IMG/VR virus record: IMGVR_UViG_3300006914_000013
Location: 20,386 to 84,385 of that record
Strand: one strand, 5' to 3'
DNA from: a virus
DNA length: 64,000 nt
Under the pieces are notes generated by a model. It was not told the DNA's origin, ran no database searches, and saw only the letters and a list, made by a program, of their open reading frames with translations. Numbering within the stretch: the stretch's first letter is position 1; the number at the start of each line of letters is the position of its first letter. The translations under genes and the position numbers were made by a program. This document shows positions 18,573-28,881 of this stretch, in pieces.

Positions 18573-21500
18573 GCTAACCACCCCTCTTTGGCCCACTTGT
18601 CGAACAGCGCTTCAACCTTGCGTTGCGACGGTCGATCCCCCAGTTCGTTTTTGCTCGCGTCGTACCAGTTCCGGCCGACCGACACCTCGGCCAGCATCGG
18701 GATCGGGTGCCCCGGCGGCGTGATGTTCATGATGTCTTGGGCGCGCTGGGCGAATTCGAAGACGTTGTCGATCGGCACGCTGTTGACCAGCTCGTCGTAC
18801 ACCGGCGCGATCAGGTGGGACTGGGTTTCTTCGTAGAGGCGGGTGTGGTGGGCTTTGGTCAGCACCACTTTCAGGGTGTCGGCGGCGGCGCCCTGGATCT
18901 TGTGGTTGACGGTTTGGCGCTCGGCCCGGGACCGCAGCGAGCCGTCGCGGCTGAGAATGTTGGGGTCGACATGCTTGCGCGTGCCGAAGGCGGTGGTGAT
19001 GTACCCCAGCCGCTTGGCCTGGTCGGTGGTTTCCTTCTGCCACGGTGCCAGGCGCGGGTAACCGGCGAACACGCCGTCGATGATTTGCTGGGCGAAGCGC
19101 TCAGGCACCCCGAGTTTCAGGGCCATCGAGAACGCCTGACCGCCGTAGATAATCAGGAAGTTCACGGTCTTGGCCATCTTGCGGATCTTGACGATGGTTT
19201 TGCCCAGCGGCAGCGCCAAGTCGCCGACCAGCTCATAGACGTGGTCGCCTTCCTGCAGCAGGCTGACGAACTGTTCATAGTTCATGCTGCCGGTTTCATC
19301 GAACGCCAGGCGCTTGAGGATTTCCGGCCCCATGGCCTGTTCCAGCACCTTGCCAGCGAAGGTACAGGCGGTGACCGAGTGGATGTCCTTGAAGATCGAG
19401 CGGGTCATGCCGTGGTCGTCGACGTAACTGCCGCCGCCGGTGTAGGCCTCGATCAACACCGGGTCGCGGGCTTCACTGCCAGCCAGGCGCAATTCCTGCC
19501 CGCTGAAGTCCAGGGCGACGATCACATGCCCCTTGAACCGCGGCAGAAAGATCGAGCGCAGCGGCCCTTTGCTCACGGCGAGGATGTTCAGGCTGGAACC
19601 CGCCGGGCGGCGGGTCTTGGTGCCACAGTTGCGGGTACCCGGGTGGACCACGCCAGTGCTCGGGTGCCGCCAGTGCGGGTACTTGGCGTAGTACAGGGAC
19701 TGGCGGGTCATGCACTTCTTGGTGTCGATCAGCAGCGTCAACAGCTCGCGGCGCCAGTCCCCTTCCGGGCAGTCCTCGGCGATCGCCGCGTTCATCGCGT
19801 CTTCGTTGGTCGACGGGTTGCCTTCCAGACCCAGCTGATCGCGCTGGCTGTCCTTCTGCGGGAAGGTGCGCAGGCGCACCGGCAGCTGCAACTTGCAATA
19901 CAGCAGTTCCTGCATCTGCTTGGGGCTGCCGAGGTTGAGTTCGTCACCCTCGATCACGCGCACGCCGTCCTGGTGCAGCACCTCGGTTTCAATGAAGGCT
20001 TTCAGGGCCAGGAACGCCGCGCCTTGGCGCTTGCGAATCTCCCCCGCCGCTTCCTGCACCAGGTCGACCAGCGTGCGGGCACGCGGATCGGTGCTGCCGT
20101 GCTGTTTCAGGTGGTGCCGACTGGACATCAGCCAGGCGGTGACGCCCTTGCCGCTGACACTCTCCATCGTGATCGGCAGCCCGACCTTCTCGGCCACGCG
20201 GGTAAACCCCTTCTCCGTGGCGATGAACTCGGCCGGGGTAAAGGTCTCGGTGTACGGGTGATAGACCGAAGCCAGCCGCCAGCGCTCATAGGATTCCGCC
20301 ACCTTGGCCTGCGCCTGTGAGCGGTTCAGCCCGGCAAACAGGTGCAGCTTGAGCAGGTTGTCGCCCTCGGCCTTCTTCAAACCTTCGGCGCCGACATTGC
20401 TGATCTGGCTGCAATGGGTGGCCAACAGGCCATGGATGGCCGTGGTGTTCCCTGCCACCCGCGCCGCGTCGGCCTCGGCCAGTTCGCTCAAGGTCTCAAA
20501 GCCCAGCTGCACGCCGACCTCAAAGCTGCGGTTGAAGCGGTGCAGGGTGTAGCGATCCTCTTCGTAGGCGAACACCCATTGCTTTTCCAGCTTGAGGATC
20601 AGCCAGAACAGGGTGGCCAAGCGCGCCGCGACGAAGCTGTCATCACAGGCGTAGTGGGTGACCTGCTCGCCGGTGAGGTCGCGCATGTCGCGGGCGCCGT
20701 ACTGCGCCAGCAGATCCTTGTACTCGACCTGGTCGTACTTCAACCAGTGCCGGGCGTGCGCCTTCAAGCCCTGCTCCAGGTTCTCATCGACATAGCTGCC
20801 GAGCATCTGCGTGCAGACTGGGCCGTCGAGCTGGAAATTCAGGCACTGCTTGGTGACCTGTTCTTCGAACCGGGCGTTGTGCGCGACGAAGTCCAGGCGG
20901 GCGTCCTCGATGTCGACCAGCAGGTTGACCAGTTCGCCCTGGTCCAGGTTGTCGGTGTTCTTGTGCAGCACCGGCAAGTAGAAGGTGTGTTGCAGGTTGC
21001 TGCCGTAGGTGAACGACCCGCCGGTCAGGCGCTGCGACAGCACGTCGACGTAGCCACGGGCGGTGTCCGGCAGGGCTGCCGACCAGTCATGCCCGAGGCT
21101 GTCGTAGGTTTCATAGTCGAAGCTGGCCAGCGGGGTGTCGCGCAGGCCTTCGACGTAGGCGGCGTGTACCTGCGGCCAGTTCTCCGGCGTCACCAGGGTC
21201 ATGGTCGGCATGTGCGGGGCGAAGTGTTCGAACAGGCTCGGGTCGCCAGCCAGGGTCAGCAGGTCCTGCACCTTGGTCGCGTCCGGTAGGCGCACGTACC
21301 ACTCCGGCCGGATGATCGTGCGACCCTGCGCCCCATACAGCAGCTCCGGGTGCAGCCCGGCGAGGGTGTACATCAGGCGCCAGGTGCCGCGGCTCTCGTA
21401 GATTTTGCGCAGCACCTTGCAGCTGGTGGCTTCACACGCTTCCAGCAGAAAGGTGTAGTCGTTGCTGGCCACGCAGGCTTCCAGCTGCTCGATGCCGTCC

Positions 21501-22135
21501 CAGCCGTAGGTGTCGACCAGGAACTTGAACGCCACCGGCCCGACCTGCGGCACGCCGCCGTATTCGTCGGTCTTGTCCCCCACCAGGGACTTGTAGATCC
21601 GCACGTAGCGGGTTGGGTAGCCTTCGAAATCGTCCGCCGGGAGGTTCTTCACCAGCACGGTGGTGTTGTCGTCGTTGAGCTGGGACAGGTCGCGGTCGAC
21701 CGTATGCACCAGCTTGAGCACTTCCGGGAACTGGCGGCAGAAGGCGCCAATCACGTCGTCCGCTTCCACGCCTTCGACGCGCACGTTGAAGGCGCCAGCG
21801 TAGGCCAGCAGTGCCTTGGCCATGTCGAACATCTTTTTCAGCTGGGCTTCGACCGCCGGGTCTTTCTCTTCGGCGTGACGCTTGGCCTTGTATTCCGCGA
21901 ACAGGCTTTCGCGGAAGGTGTTGCCCCCATCCCACACCGCAATGATGTTGAGGGGGGAGAAATCAGACAGCAGGGGAATGATGTAGGTGTCCAGGAACCC
22001 GCGCAAACCGTAGCCGGCAGAGTTCACCGGCTTGTCAGTCAGGGGGCTGAGTTTTGCGTCGGGGTCAGTGCCCCGGTGGTAGGCGTGCAGCAGCAAGCCG
22101 CGCACATCGAGCAGAGCAAGTCCATTCAGTTTCAT
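18569..22135 (-). CDS. polA: Family A DNA polymerase with 5'-3' and 3'-5' exonuclease domains
   Basis: 5' nuclease motifs (WDGG, EADD, GDKTD); exonuclease motifs (FDYET, HNARFE, YACDD); polymerase motifs A DFSGQELR, B RKMAKTVNFLIIYG, C VYDEL. Confidence 0.95.
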   Translation of the reverse strand: MKLNGLALLDVRGLLLHAYHRGTDPDAKLSPLTDKPVNSAGYGLRGFLDTYIIPLLSDFSPLNIIAVWDGGNTFRESLFAEYKAKRHAEEKDPAVEAQLKKMFDMAKALLAYAGAFNVRVEGVEADDVIGAFCRQFPEVLKLVHTVDRDLSQLNDDNTTVLVKNLPADDFEGYPTRYVRIYKSLVGDKTDEYGGVPQVGPVAFKFLVDTYGWDGIEQLEACVASNDYTFLLEACEATSCKVLRKIYESRGTWRLMYTLAGLHPELLYGAQGRTIIRPEWYVRLPDATKVQDLLTLAGDPSLFEHFAPHMPTMTLVTPENWPQVHAAYVEGLRDTPLASFDYETYDSLGHDWSAALPDTARGYVDVLSQRLTGGSFTYGSNLQHTFYLPVLHKNTDNLDQGELVNLLVDIEDARLDFVAHNARFEEQVTKQCLNFQLDGPVCTQMLGSYVDENLEQGLKAHARHWLKYDQVEYKDLLAQYGARDMRDLTGEQVTHYACDDSFVAARLATLFWLILKLEKQWVFAYEEDRYTLHRFNRSFEVGVQLGFETLSELAEADAARVAGNTTAIHGLLATHCSQISNVGAEGLKKAEGDNLLKLHLFAGLNRSQAQAKVAESYERWRLASVYHPYTETFTPAEFIATEKGFTRVAEKVGLPITMESVSGKGVTAWLMSSRHHLKQHGSTDPRARTLVDLVQEAAGEIRKRQGAAFLALKAFIETEVLHQDGVRVIEGDELNLGSPKQMQELLYCKLQLPVRLRTFPQKDSQRDQLGLEGNPSTNEDAMNAAIAEDCPEGDWRRELLTLLIDTKKCMTRQSLYYAKYPHWRHPSTGVVHPGTRNCGTKTRRPAGSSLNILAVSKGPLRSIFLPRFKGHVIVALDFSGQELRLAGSEARDPVLIEAYTGGGSYVDDHGMTRSIFKDIHSVTACTFAGKVLEQAMGPEILKRLAFDETGSMNYEQFVSLLQEGDHVYELVGDLALPLGKTIVKIRKMAKTVNFLIIYGGQAFSMALKLGVPERFAQQIIDGVFAGYPRLAPWQKETTDQAKRLGYITTAFGTRKHVDPNILSRDGSLRSRAERQTVNHKIQGAAADTLKVVLTKAHHTRLYEETQSHLIAPVYDELVNSVPIDNVFEFAQRAQDIMNITPPGHPIPMLAEVSVGRNWYDASKNELGDRPSQRKVEALFDKWAKEGWLA

Positions 22136-22168
22136 GTTGCACCCCGTTCCTCGGACGACAAGAGAGAG

Positions 22169-22194
22169 TGCCAGCGGGCAAACGCCCGCTGGCA
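22169..22194 (-). terminator. Intergenic 11-bp hairpin (terminator-like)
   Basis: TGCCAGCGGGC-AAAC-GCCCGCTGGCA followed on the minus strand by a pyrimidine tract. Confidence 0.5.
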
Positions 22195-22215
22195 AACCAC
22201 AGCTAGCCGTGAGGC

Positions 22216-23013
22216 TTAGGAGTTCAATTCAACAAACTTGAAATCCCACGGGTAGAACGGGAACTTGGCGGCCGTGACCTTTTCGCCACGGATGAACAGG
22301 GTTTTGTAGCCGTTCGGGAGGCAGCCGGTGCGGCTCTGCATCTTGAACTTGTAGCCCGCCCAACGACCGATCGACATCGGCGATACCTGCACCACGACGG
22401 CGTCCCCTTCCAGCTCCTTGCATTCCCCGGCGTGGATCTTGTCGACCATGACAAAGAGTTCGGCGTATTCCTTCAGCTCGGGCTTCAGGTTTTCCGCACG
22501 CCACTCGGCCACCTTGGCCCCGGCTTCGGTTTCCACGTCGTTGAATTCCGCCTTGCTGTAGGCGAAGGTCACATCGGCGTCGTCGTCGTTGCCCACACGC
22601 ATCGCCCATTTGGCGCGAGCCTGCAGGATGGTGCCGGTAAACCCTTCGGTCGCGGAAAACGACTTGGTGGTGCCGACCAGTTGGAATTCGCCATCCTTGA
22701 GCACGATGTTGGTGAAAGACGTGAAGTCAATGTGACCGCCGCCGAAGCCGGCGTCTTCCATTTCCTGCATGGCTTTCATCTGGCCGCCATTGCTGCGAGC
22801 CACAGGCGCATCGGCGCGAGGGGCGACAGCGTTGGAGGTAGAGGTGGGTTGAGCCGCAGGCTGCGCAGCCGGTTCAGGGTCCAGGACAGCCGGCTCATCC
22901 AACACGGAGGCCTCTTCCTGCAGGGTTTCGGAGTTTTGTGCGGCGCTCGCTTCTGCGGTTTCCACCGCGTCCTTGCTTACGGCGCTACCATCTTTGATCA
23001 GTGGCATTGTCAT
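22216..23013 (-). CDS. Hypothetical replication-module protein (possible ssDNA-binding protein)
   Basis: Low-complexity N-terminus and aromatic beta-rich C-terminus; sits between helicase and polymerase. Function inferred from position only. Confidence 0.5.
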   Translation of the reverse strand: MTMPLIKDGSAVSKDAVETAEASAAQNSETLQEEASVLDEPAVLDPEPAAQPAAQPTSTSNAVAPRADAPVARSNGGQMKAMQEMEDAGFGGGHIDFTSFTNIVLKDGEFQLVGTTKSFSATEGFTGTILQARAKWAMRVGNDDDADVTFAYSKAEFNDVETEAGAKVAEWRAENLKPELKEYAELFVMVDKIHAGECKELEGDAVVVQVSPMSIGRWAGYKFKMQSRTGCLPNGYKTLFIRGEKVTAAKFPFYPWDFKFVELNS

Positions 23014-23102
23014 TCCCCTAGTCTTTGAACTTCAAAATGTCATTCAAATTGCGGCTGTACCGCCGCTTGTTATTCCAGTCCCCTGGAATTCGTGCCGTCG
23101 TC

Positions 23103-24635
23103 TTATGCGACGTTGTAAAAGTGCCGCAGGGTGCGAGGGTCGAGGGTCACTTGCCCGATGTCCCCGTCACGCTTGAGCATGTTGCGGATCGCGTTGGGCG
23201 CTAGGGTTTCCAGCGCCTTCAACACGTAAATGTTGCATTGCCAGAGCTGGCCCGGCCGGACCACACGGTCCATGGCCTGCTTGAATTCCCCCGGCGAGCC
23301 AGTCGGTTCGGCAAAGATCACCGTGTGACTGACCCCTTGAAAGTTGAAGCCCGCCCCGGCGGATCGTGGGTTGGCCACCAGCAGGCGGCAGGTCGGGTCG
23401 TGCAGAAACTTCTCGGTCATCGCCTTGCGCTGAGTCGGGGACAGGTCACCGTTCATGGTCGCCGGGTTCAGGTCGGCGAAGAACTCGGCGTACCGCGCCA
23501 CGGTCTCGCGGAAGTTGACGAACAGGATCACCTTGGAATCCGCAGTGTGCGCCGTGGCCAGATCGCGGCAGGTGGCGAGCACCTGGTTGTCGACCTTGCT
23601 GCCCTCGGGCAGGAACAGTTCCGGGCAGGTGACGATCTGCAACGTCTTCTGGCGCAGTTCCTGTTCCTGCAGGGCGGAAAGAATGGTGCCGTCGCCGAAG
23701 TCGATGAAGCGCTCGATGGTGAGTCTGCGGTACACCTCGCGGTGTGCCGGGCTCAGCCTGACCGCTACTTCGGTGATGATTGGCTCTTTCAGGTCGCGCA
23801 GTTCCGGGATCTGGCTTTTCAGCACACGTCGGCAGCGGGCATACAGGTTGGCCGACAGCTCGGCGTGCCGCTGGTAGCCCACCAGTTCCTTGACCCGGCT
23901 GATGCGCTTGCCGCTGGTGGTGACTTTCGGCACCTTCAAGCGGATCAACTTGTAGCGGCAGTGCCGGCGGCAGAAGTGGTCGTAACTCAGGTACGCCCCA
24001 GGGCTCATGAAACTCAGCAGGGTGTAGCAGTCGGTCAGGTAGGTGTGCATCGCCGTGCCGGTCATGGGGAAGAACGCGGTGTCCGGCTGGGCCGGGTCGC
24101 CGACGTACTCACCAATGCGCTTGGCCAGCGTGCTTTCCGGCGCCTTCCACTTCTGGCTTTCGTCCGTGATCAGCACGTCGTAGCCCTTTTCCTTGAGCAG
24201 CTTGCACAGCTTCTGGTGGGCGAACAGCTCGTAACTCATGACCACCATTTCTGGCCAGCCTTCGTTGTCCCACTTCTCGATCAGCTTGGCGCGTTTGGCC
24301 GGTGGCTCATCGAGCACATGGACCCGCACGTACTTGTCGACGCCCTGGAACTCTTCGATCACCGACTCGGCGAACTGGTAGATCAGGGTGGCCAGCGTCA
24401 GCACCACAACCTTGTTGCCCAGCCCGATGTAGTGCAGGGCCGCACCCACCACGGGAATCGACTTGCCTGCACCGGTTTCGTCGAGCAGGCCGAACCACTG
24501 GTAATGCACGCACAGGCTCAGGCCTTCGACCTGCGACTGGAACGGGGTGTGCTTGAGCTGCACGAACGGGGCGAACGATGGGTACCGCTCGATGCCAGCG
24601 CGCTGGAAGTATTCAGCTAGTGTAGGAGCCGTCAT
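23103..24635 (-). CDS. SNF2/SF2 helicase
   Basis: DETGAGKS, TDESQ, MTGT, GAGFNFQ, QAMDRVVRPGQ. Confidence 0.88.
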   Translation of the reverse strand: MTAPTLAEYFQRAGIERYPSFAPFVQLKHTPFQSQVEGLSLCVHYQWFGLLDETGAGKSIPVVGAALHYIGLGNKVVVLTLATLIYQFAESVIEEFQGVDKYVRVHVLDEPPAKRAKLIEKWDNEGWPEMVVMSYELFAHQKLCKLLKEKGYDVLITDESQKWKAPESTLAKRIGEYVGDPAQPDTAFFPMTGTAMHTYLTDCYTLLSFMSPGAYLSYDHFCRRHCRYKLIRLKVPKVTTSGKRISRVKELVGYQRHAELSANLYARCRRVLKSQIPELRDLKEPIITEVAVRLSPAHREVYRRLTIERFIDFGDGTILSALQEQELRQKTLQIVTCPELFLPEGSKVDNQVLATCRDLATAHTADSKVILFVNFRETVARYAEFFADLNPATMNGDLSPTQRKAMTEKFLHDPTCRLLVANPRSAGAGFNFQGVSHTVIFAEPTGSPGEFKQAMDRVVRPGQLWQCNIYVLKALETLAPNAIRNMLKRDGDIGQVTLDPRTLRHFYNVA

Positions 24636-27435
24636 AGCCACCTCCCCCGCCGAGCAGGCTGATGTCGATGTTCTTGCCCTGCATTTCTTTGAGGGACAGG
24701 TAGAGCATCGCACGGCCCCCGCCTAACCCGGCGTGTGGCGCGTATTTGATGAAGTAGGGTTCTTCGTTGATCAATTTGGTGAACTGCGCCCCGCTGCTGA
24801 TCACTGGCGCGGTGCGTTCCTCGACGGTGCAGTAGCGGGTGTAGGCGGCGTGACCCAGCACCGGGTCGAGGATCAGGTACTCCGGTGTCACTGCGTAGTG
24901 TAGGCCTTCCACCAGATGCACGTAGCCCTGCCCCGCTTCCTGTGTGCTGCGCGAAATGGCCACGATGATCGCGAGCTTTTGCAGCACCAGGTCGATTTCG
25001 CTCTGCACATAACCCTGGTCCGGGGCATCGAAGCGGCCGATCACCGCGTCAATGATTGGCCCCAAAGTTTTCAGTGACTGGAACAGGTGCAGTTCCTCGC
25101 ACACCGCCTGCAACAGCCACAGCCCGACCAGCACCACCTGCTGCGAGTAGCGCGGGCGGTCGTCCATTTCCCGGGGCAACAGGGCCGACGCCTTGTTCAT
25201 CAGGGCTTCGATTTCCTCGGGCGTGGTGGTCAGGGACTTGGCCATGAGTGCCTTGCCGAGTCGGCGCAGGTGTTGACGCCCCTCGCTGGCCTTAAAGAAC
25301 GGCTCGCGGCAGTTGCCACGCTTCTGCTTGGTCAGGTGTACGCGAATGCTGCGTTCCTGAATCGCGGGGATTTCAATCTCTTGCTCGGAAATCACCAGCA
25401 GCGGCGAGGACAGGGGGATGGCCACCGCTTCGGCGCCGGTGCGGCCCATGCCCCGGCCGAGCCGACCTTTCAAGGTGGACTCGGCGTTCCACGCCTGCTT
25501 GATCCGTTCGCCCACGTCCTTGTAGGCATGGCTGGTCATCTTGGATTTGTTGAATTCTTCGATGATCCGGGGAACCGTGGTGGTGCTCGACAGGTAGTCG
25601 AGCATCCCGTAGGGCGAGGTCGACGGGGCGCTGACCCCGGAGTCCTTGAGCATGTAGTCGGTGCCGTTGAGCCAGGTGACCAGGCCTGCGGTCTTCGACT
25701 TGCCGGAACCGGCGCTGCCCCACAGGCACAGGATCGGAAACTGGCTGTAGAGGTACATCAGGTGCGTCTTGAAATGCGCCGCGATGCTCCAGCCGATCAT
25801 CATGCCGACTTCGTGCCTCTGGTTGATCCTGAGCAGGTTGTCCAACGTCTTGTCCACGTCCTGGTCCGCCCGTTCGGGCATGGTGGTGTGCGCGAGGTAA
25901 GGACGGGCCACCAGGTTGCCGAGAAACTGGTGGGTGCCGCGCACCTTGACCGTGTTCACCGACATATCGGGTTCGACATAGGTGAACAGCGGGATGTCAT
26001 CGACGAAGTCCATGTGAACCCCGGCGGTGTAGACCTGGAAAATTTCTCCCACGTCCTGAGCCTCCCGGAAAATTGCGAGTTTGATTTTCTGAATCTCCAG
26101 ATCGGACCCCTGAAACGTCAGGTCAGTGAGGCCTTCCAGCTCTTTCAGAAACGCCGAGCGGCTGGCGAAGGCCGCTTCTTTGAAAAGGATCTTGGCCAGC
26201 TCGTTGCCGTCCTTCATCACCGACATGCGGGTGCCGACCCGGCGCGGGGCGGTGCCGTCCTGCGGCACGTCAATGAACACGTCAATCGGCAGCATGGTGA
26301 AGTTGCTGATGCGGCGCTTGCCGTCGCCGAGGCGGATGTAATAACCGTCCGGTTCAACCACGGCGCACAGCCCGGCGTCCTGATCGCCGCCCTTGTTCGC
26401 CCCGGCCTCGATCGCGCAGCCTTCACACGGGCGCTTGCTGAGCAGGGCGCGGATCGCGTTGCAGCCAAAGCTGAACGTCGGGGTGTGCTCGACGTAGCGG
26501 ATCTGCGCCTCGATGTGGTCGCGGCGCAACTTGGCGGTGTTGTACTTGCTCGACTTCGCGCTGCTGGCCAGCCGCGCCGCGAGGCTTTCGCTCACCGTCT
26601 GCGACACCCCGGCGCGCACGATGTACGCCGCCAGTTGGGTCGCGGCCTGGTTGTAGGACGCATCGGCTTTCAGGGAATCGCTGTCACACAGCATCTGGAT
26701 GCAGGTCGGTACCGGCTCGCGGATCGCTTCCATGTCGGCGGATGACGCTATGATCACCAGCTTCGGCTTGGCGTTGACGCGCTTCTTGGCCTCTTCAAAC
26801 ATGGCCTTGAGTTCATGCACCACCAGCCCCTGCGGGTCGTCGACTTCCACCACGCGGGGCGCCTTCACCAGTTCGCGGTAGCCGTCCACCGTCAGCTGTT
26901 CTAGTTCCTCGGCGCTGACCGGCACCCGGTACTTACCGTCATGGCGTTGCAGGTTGACGATGCGGAAGCTGTTGCCCCGGCCGCTGCTGTACACGGAATA
27001 GTCGAGGCCGATCACGAACAGGTCGCGGGCCATTTCCTTGTAGATTTCCGGCAAGCGCAGGGTGAAGCGGCGGGCACCAAACAGGCTTTCGTTGACCAGG
27101 ACGTGCAGGCCCTTGCTACCCGAGAGAAAGATTTCGATGCAGCCTTTCGGCACGCCCATGCGGGTCAGCTTGCCGATCAGTTCCTGCCCGCTGGCGATGG
27201 CCTGGGCCAGGTCATCCTTGCAGTCGATGTCGAAGTACAGCGGGCCACGGTAGCCGATCTTGTCGCGGTTGCGCGGCAGCTCGGCCTCGGTGCCATCGTT
27301 GACCATCTGGTTCAGGGCGAGGATGGTCAGTTTCTTCGCACCCTGCGCCTTGGCCAGCTCCACCGGGTTCTCTTCACCCTGGCTGGAGAGCAGAAACCAG
27401 GCGTCGTGTTCCGAACGCTGATAGTAATGGTACAT
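24613..27435 (-). CDS. AEP primase fused to a P-loop helicase domain
   Basis: YFDID and SGSKGLH primase motifs, Cys cluster (C...CEGC), Walker A GSAGSGKS, Walker B IIEE. Confidence 0.85.
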   Translation of the reverse strand: MYHYYQRSEHDAWFLLSSQGEENPVELAKAQGAKKLTILALNQMVNDGTEAELPRNRDKIGYRGPLYFDIDCKDDLAQAIASGQELIGKLTRMGVPKGCIEIFLSGSKGLHVLVNESLFGARRFTLRLPEIYKEMARDLFVIGLDYSVYSSGRGNSFRIVNLQRHDGKYRVPVSAEELEQLTVDGYRELVKAPRVVEVDDPQGLVVHELKAMFEEAKKRVNAKPKLVIIASSADMEAIREPVPTCIQMLCDSDSLKADASYNQAATQLAAYIVRAGVSQTVSESLAARLASSAKSSKYNTAKLRRDHIEAQIRYVEHTPTFSFGCNAIRALLSKRPCEGCAIEAGANKGGDQDAGLCAVVEPDGYYIRLGDGKRRISNFTMLPIDVFIDVPQDGTAPRRVGTRMSVMKDGNELAKILFKEAAFASRSAFLKELEGLTDLTFQGSDLEIQKIKLAIFREAQDVGEIFQVYTAGVHMDFVDDIPLFTYVEPDMSVNTVKVRGTHQFLGNLVARPYLAHTTMPERADQDVDKTLDNLLRINQRHEVGMMIGWSIAAHFKTHLMYLYSQFPILCLWGSAGSGKSKTAGLVTWLNGTDYMLKDSGVSAPSTSPYGMLDYLSSTTTVPRIIEEFNKSKMTSHAYKDVGERIKQAWNAESTLKGRLGRGMGRTGAEAVAIPLSSPLLVISEQEIEIPAIQERSIRVHLTKQKRGNCREPFFKASEGRQHLRRLGKALMAKSLTTTPEEIEALMNKASALLPREMDDRPRYSQQVVLVGLWLLQAVCEELHLFQSLKTLGPIIDAVIGRFDAPDQGYVQSEIDLVLQKLAIIVAISRSTQEAGQGYVHLVEGLHYAVTPEYLILDPVLGHAAYTRYCTVEERTAPVISSGAQFTKLINEEPYFIKYAPHAGLGGGRAMLYLSLKEMQGKNIDISLLGGGGGYDGSYTS

Positions 27436-27449
27436 GGCCCCGCCCCCGC

Positions 27450-27701
27450 TTACTTGCTGCCCTTGACTTTGCCCAGTTGCAATTGGTCGAGCAGGCGGTC
27501 GAACGCCCGGACAGGCACGGCGCGATAGCGCGGCGAGGTCTTTTCGGTGAGCCAACCGGACACGCTGTCACGGGCATAGCCGGTGAACCGAGCCAGGTCG
27601 ACATGGGTGAGGTTGTGCTTTTCGATGATGTGACGGATGAACAAAAGGCGTTCGTCGTCAGTCAATTTTTCGCCGGTCGTAGGAAGGAAATGCGGATTCA
27701 T
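27450..27701 (-). CDS. Cro/XRE-like HTH protein
   Basis: LTHVDLARFTGYARDSVSGWL helix-turn-helix. Confidence 0.75.
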   Translation of the reverse strand: MNPHFLPTTGEKLTDDERLLFIRHIIEKHNLTHVDLARFTGYARDSVSGWLTEKTSPRYRAVPVRAFDRLLDQLQLGKVKGSK

Positions 27702-27763
27702 TAAGCGCCCCGGTCAACCCCCCAAAACGGGAGGACAATGTGCCCAGCACAGAAGGTCGAGGG

Positions 27764-27788
27764 AAAAAAACGCCCGGTTTCCCGGGCG
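27764..27788 (-). terminator. Rho-independent terminator
   Basis: CGCCCGG-N4-CCGGGCG stem with a U7 tail on the minus strand. Confidence 0.65.
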
Positions 27789-27848
27789 ATAAAATTTGAG
27801 TGCCGTCCTTTCGCCTGGGCCGGTCACTCGCACGCTTACCCTCAAGAC

Positions 27849-28373
27849 TCAAGTATTAACCACGTTCCCATTTCCTGCCGAAAACTCGTCTACAGGCCCC
27901 GGTTTTACTGGGTTTTCAACTCGCAACAGGGGGGACTCGGCGCCGCGCACTTCGGCCTCTTTTGCGAGCAGCGCCGCCTCGGTCGGGAAGGGTTGAATGG
28001 GGACCATGCGGGTGTTGGTCAGGCGTTGAATGGCCACCGGGCGTTTGTTGCTGCGGTAGCGAATTCCGTTCTCGTCGACGGTCGGACGGAACAGGCGATA
28101 GTCCGCTTCCTGCACACCCCTGGCCCTCAAATGCTTGCGCAAATTGAACAGCGATGGGTTGTTCGGCAGGCTGATCAGGAACAGGTCGCCGGGAACACAC
28201 TGGTTGTACCGCAGCGCGACGGAGTCGTAGAGGATGGTGGCGGGCTGGCCATGCGAGCCCTTCACCCGACCTTGGCTGGTCACGGTCTCAAACGCCATGG
28301 TGCCTTGCTTGATAATCTTGAAGTGAGTGTCGTCTTTTGACCACTCGGTCAGGGGAGTGCGCCTTTTGGTCAT
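27849..28373 (-). CDS. Hypothetical protein
   Basis: 174-aa ORF with AGGAAG RBS, same orientation as neighbours. Confidence 0.6.
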   Translation of the reverse strand: MTKRRTPLTEWSKDDTHFKIIKQGTMAFETVTSQGRVKGSHGQPATILYDSVALRYNQCVPGDLFLISLPNNPSLFNLRKHLRARGVQEADYRLFRPTVDENGIRYRSNKRPVAIQRLTNTRMVPIQPFPTEAALLAKEAEVRGAESPLLRVENPVKPGPVDEFSAGNGNVVNT

Positions 28374-28422
28374 AGCTGCTTCCTGGTGGTATGAGCGACG
28401 GTGATCCTCCGTCGCATACCTT

Positions 28423-28881
28423 TCAGCTTAGCCGGTAAAACCCTGACATCGGCAGGGTCAGCAAGGGTTTGAATACCTCCGGCGAACCTTGCTCATCCAC
28501 CGCTGGCACCACACGCAGGGTGTCGCAGTCCATTCTAAATTCCAGCGACTGCCACGGCCCTTTGGGGGGGCCGAGCCGACTGACTCGGACCTGCAACACT
28601 TCCTCCCCCTGGTCACCGATGGCGAAGAACTGGAAGCGTGCGGCGTCGTCGACCGGGTGCCCTTCCTGTTCGGCCCACTGGACGATCGCCTTGGCGCAGC
28701 GGCCCGCGAGGACACGCAGCGCAGCGAGCGGTTGGACCGAGCTGTCACGGCAGGGGTCAAACTTTCGGTACCGGGCGACAACCCGTTCCAGCGGGCTGCG
28801 GGGATCGCGGCACACAGGCGGCGGGAGTCCACGCTTGGCACGGTGGTTCGCAAGGCTCAGGACATTACTTTGGCTCATCAT
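28423..28881 (-). CDS. Hypothetical protein
   Basis: 152-aa ORF with AAAGGA RBS. Confidence 0.6.
   Translation of the reverse strand: MMSQSNVLSLANHRAKRGLPPPVCRDPRSPLERVVARYRKFDPCRDSSVQPLAALRVLAGRCAKAIVQWAEQEGHPVDDAARFQFFAIGDQGEEVLQVRVSRLGPPKGPWQSLEFRMDCDTLRVVPAVDEQGSPEVFKPLLTLPMSGFYRLS

Noticed and set aside
18623-21289. Long plus-strand ORFs (565 aa, 315 aa) opposite polA, and similar ones opposite the helicase and primase genes
   Set aside because: Antisense shadows expected from high-GC codon bias; no motifs, and the opposite strand has clear conserved domains.
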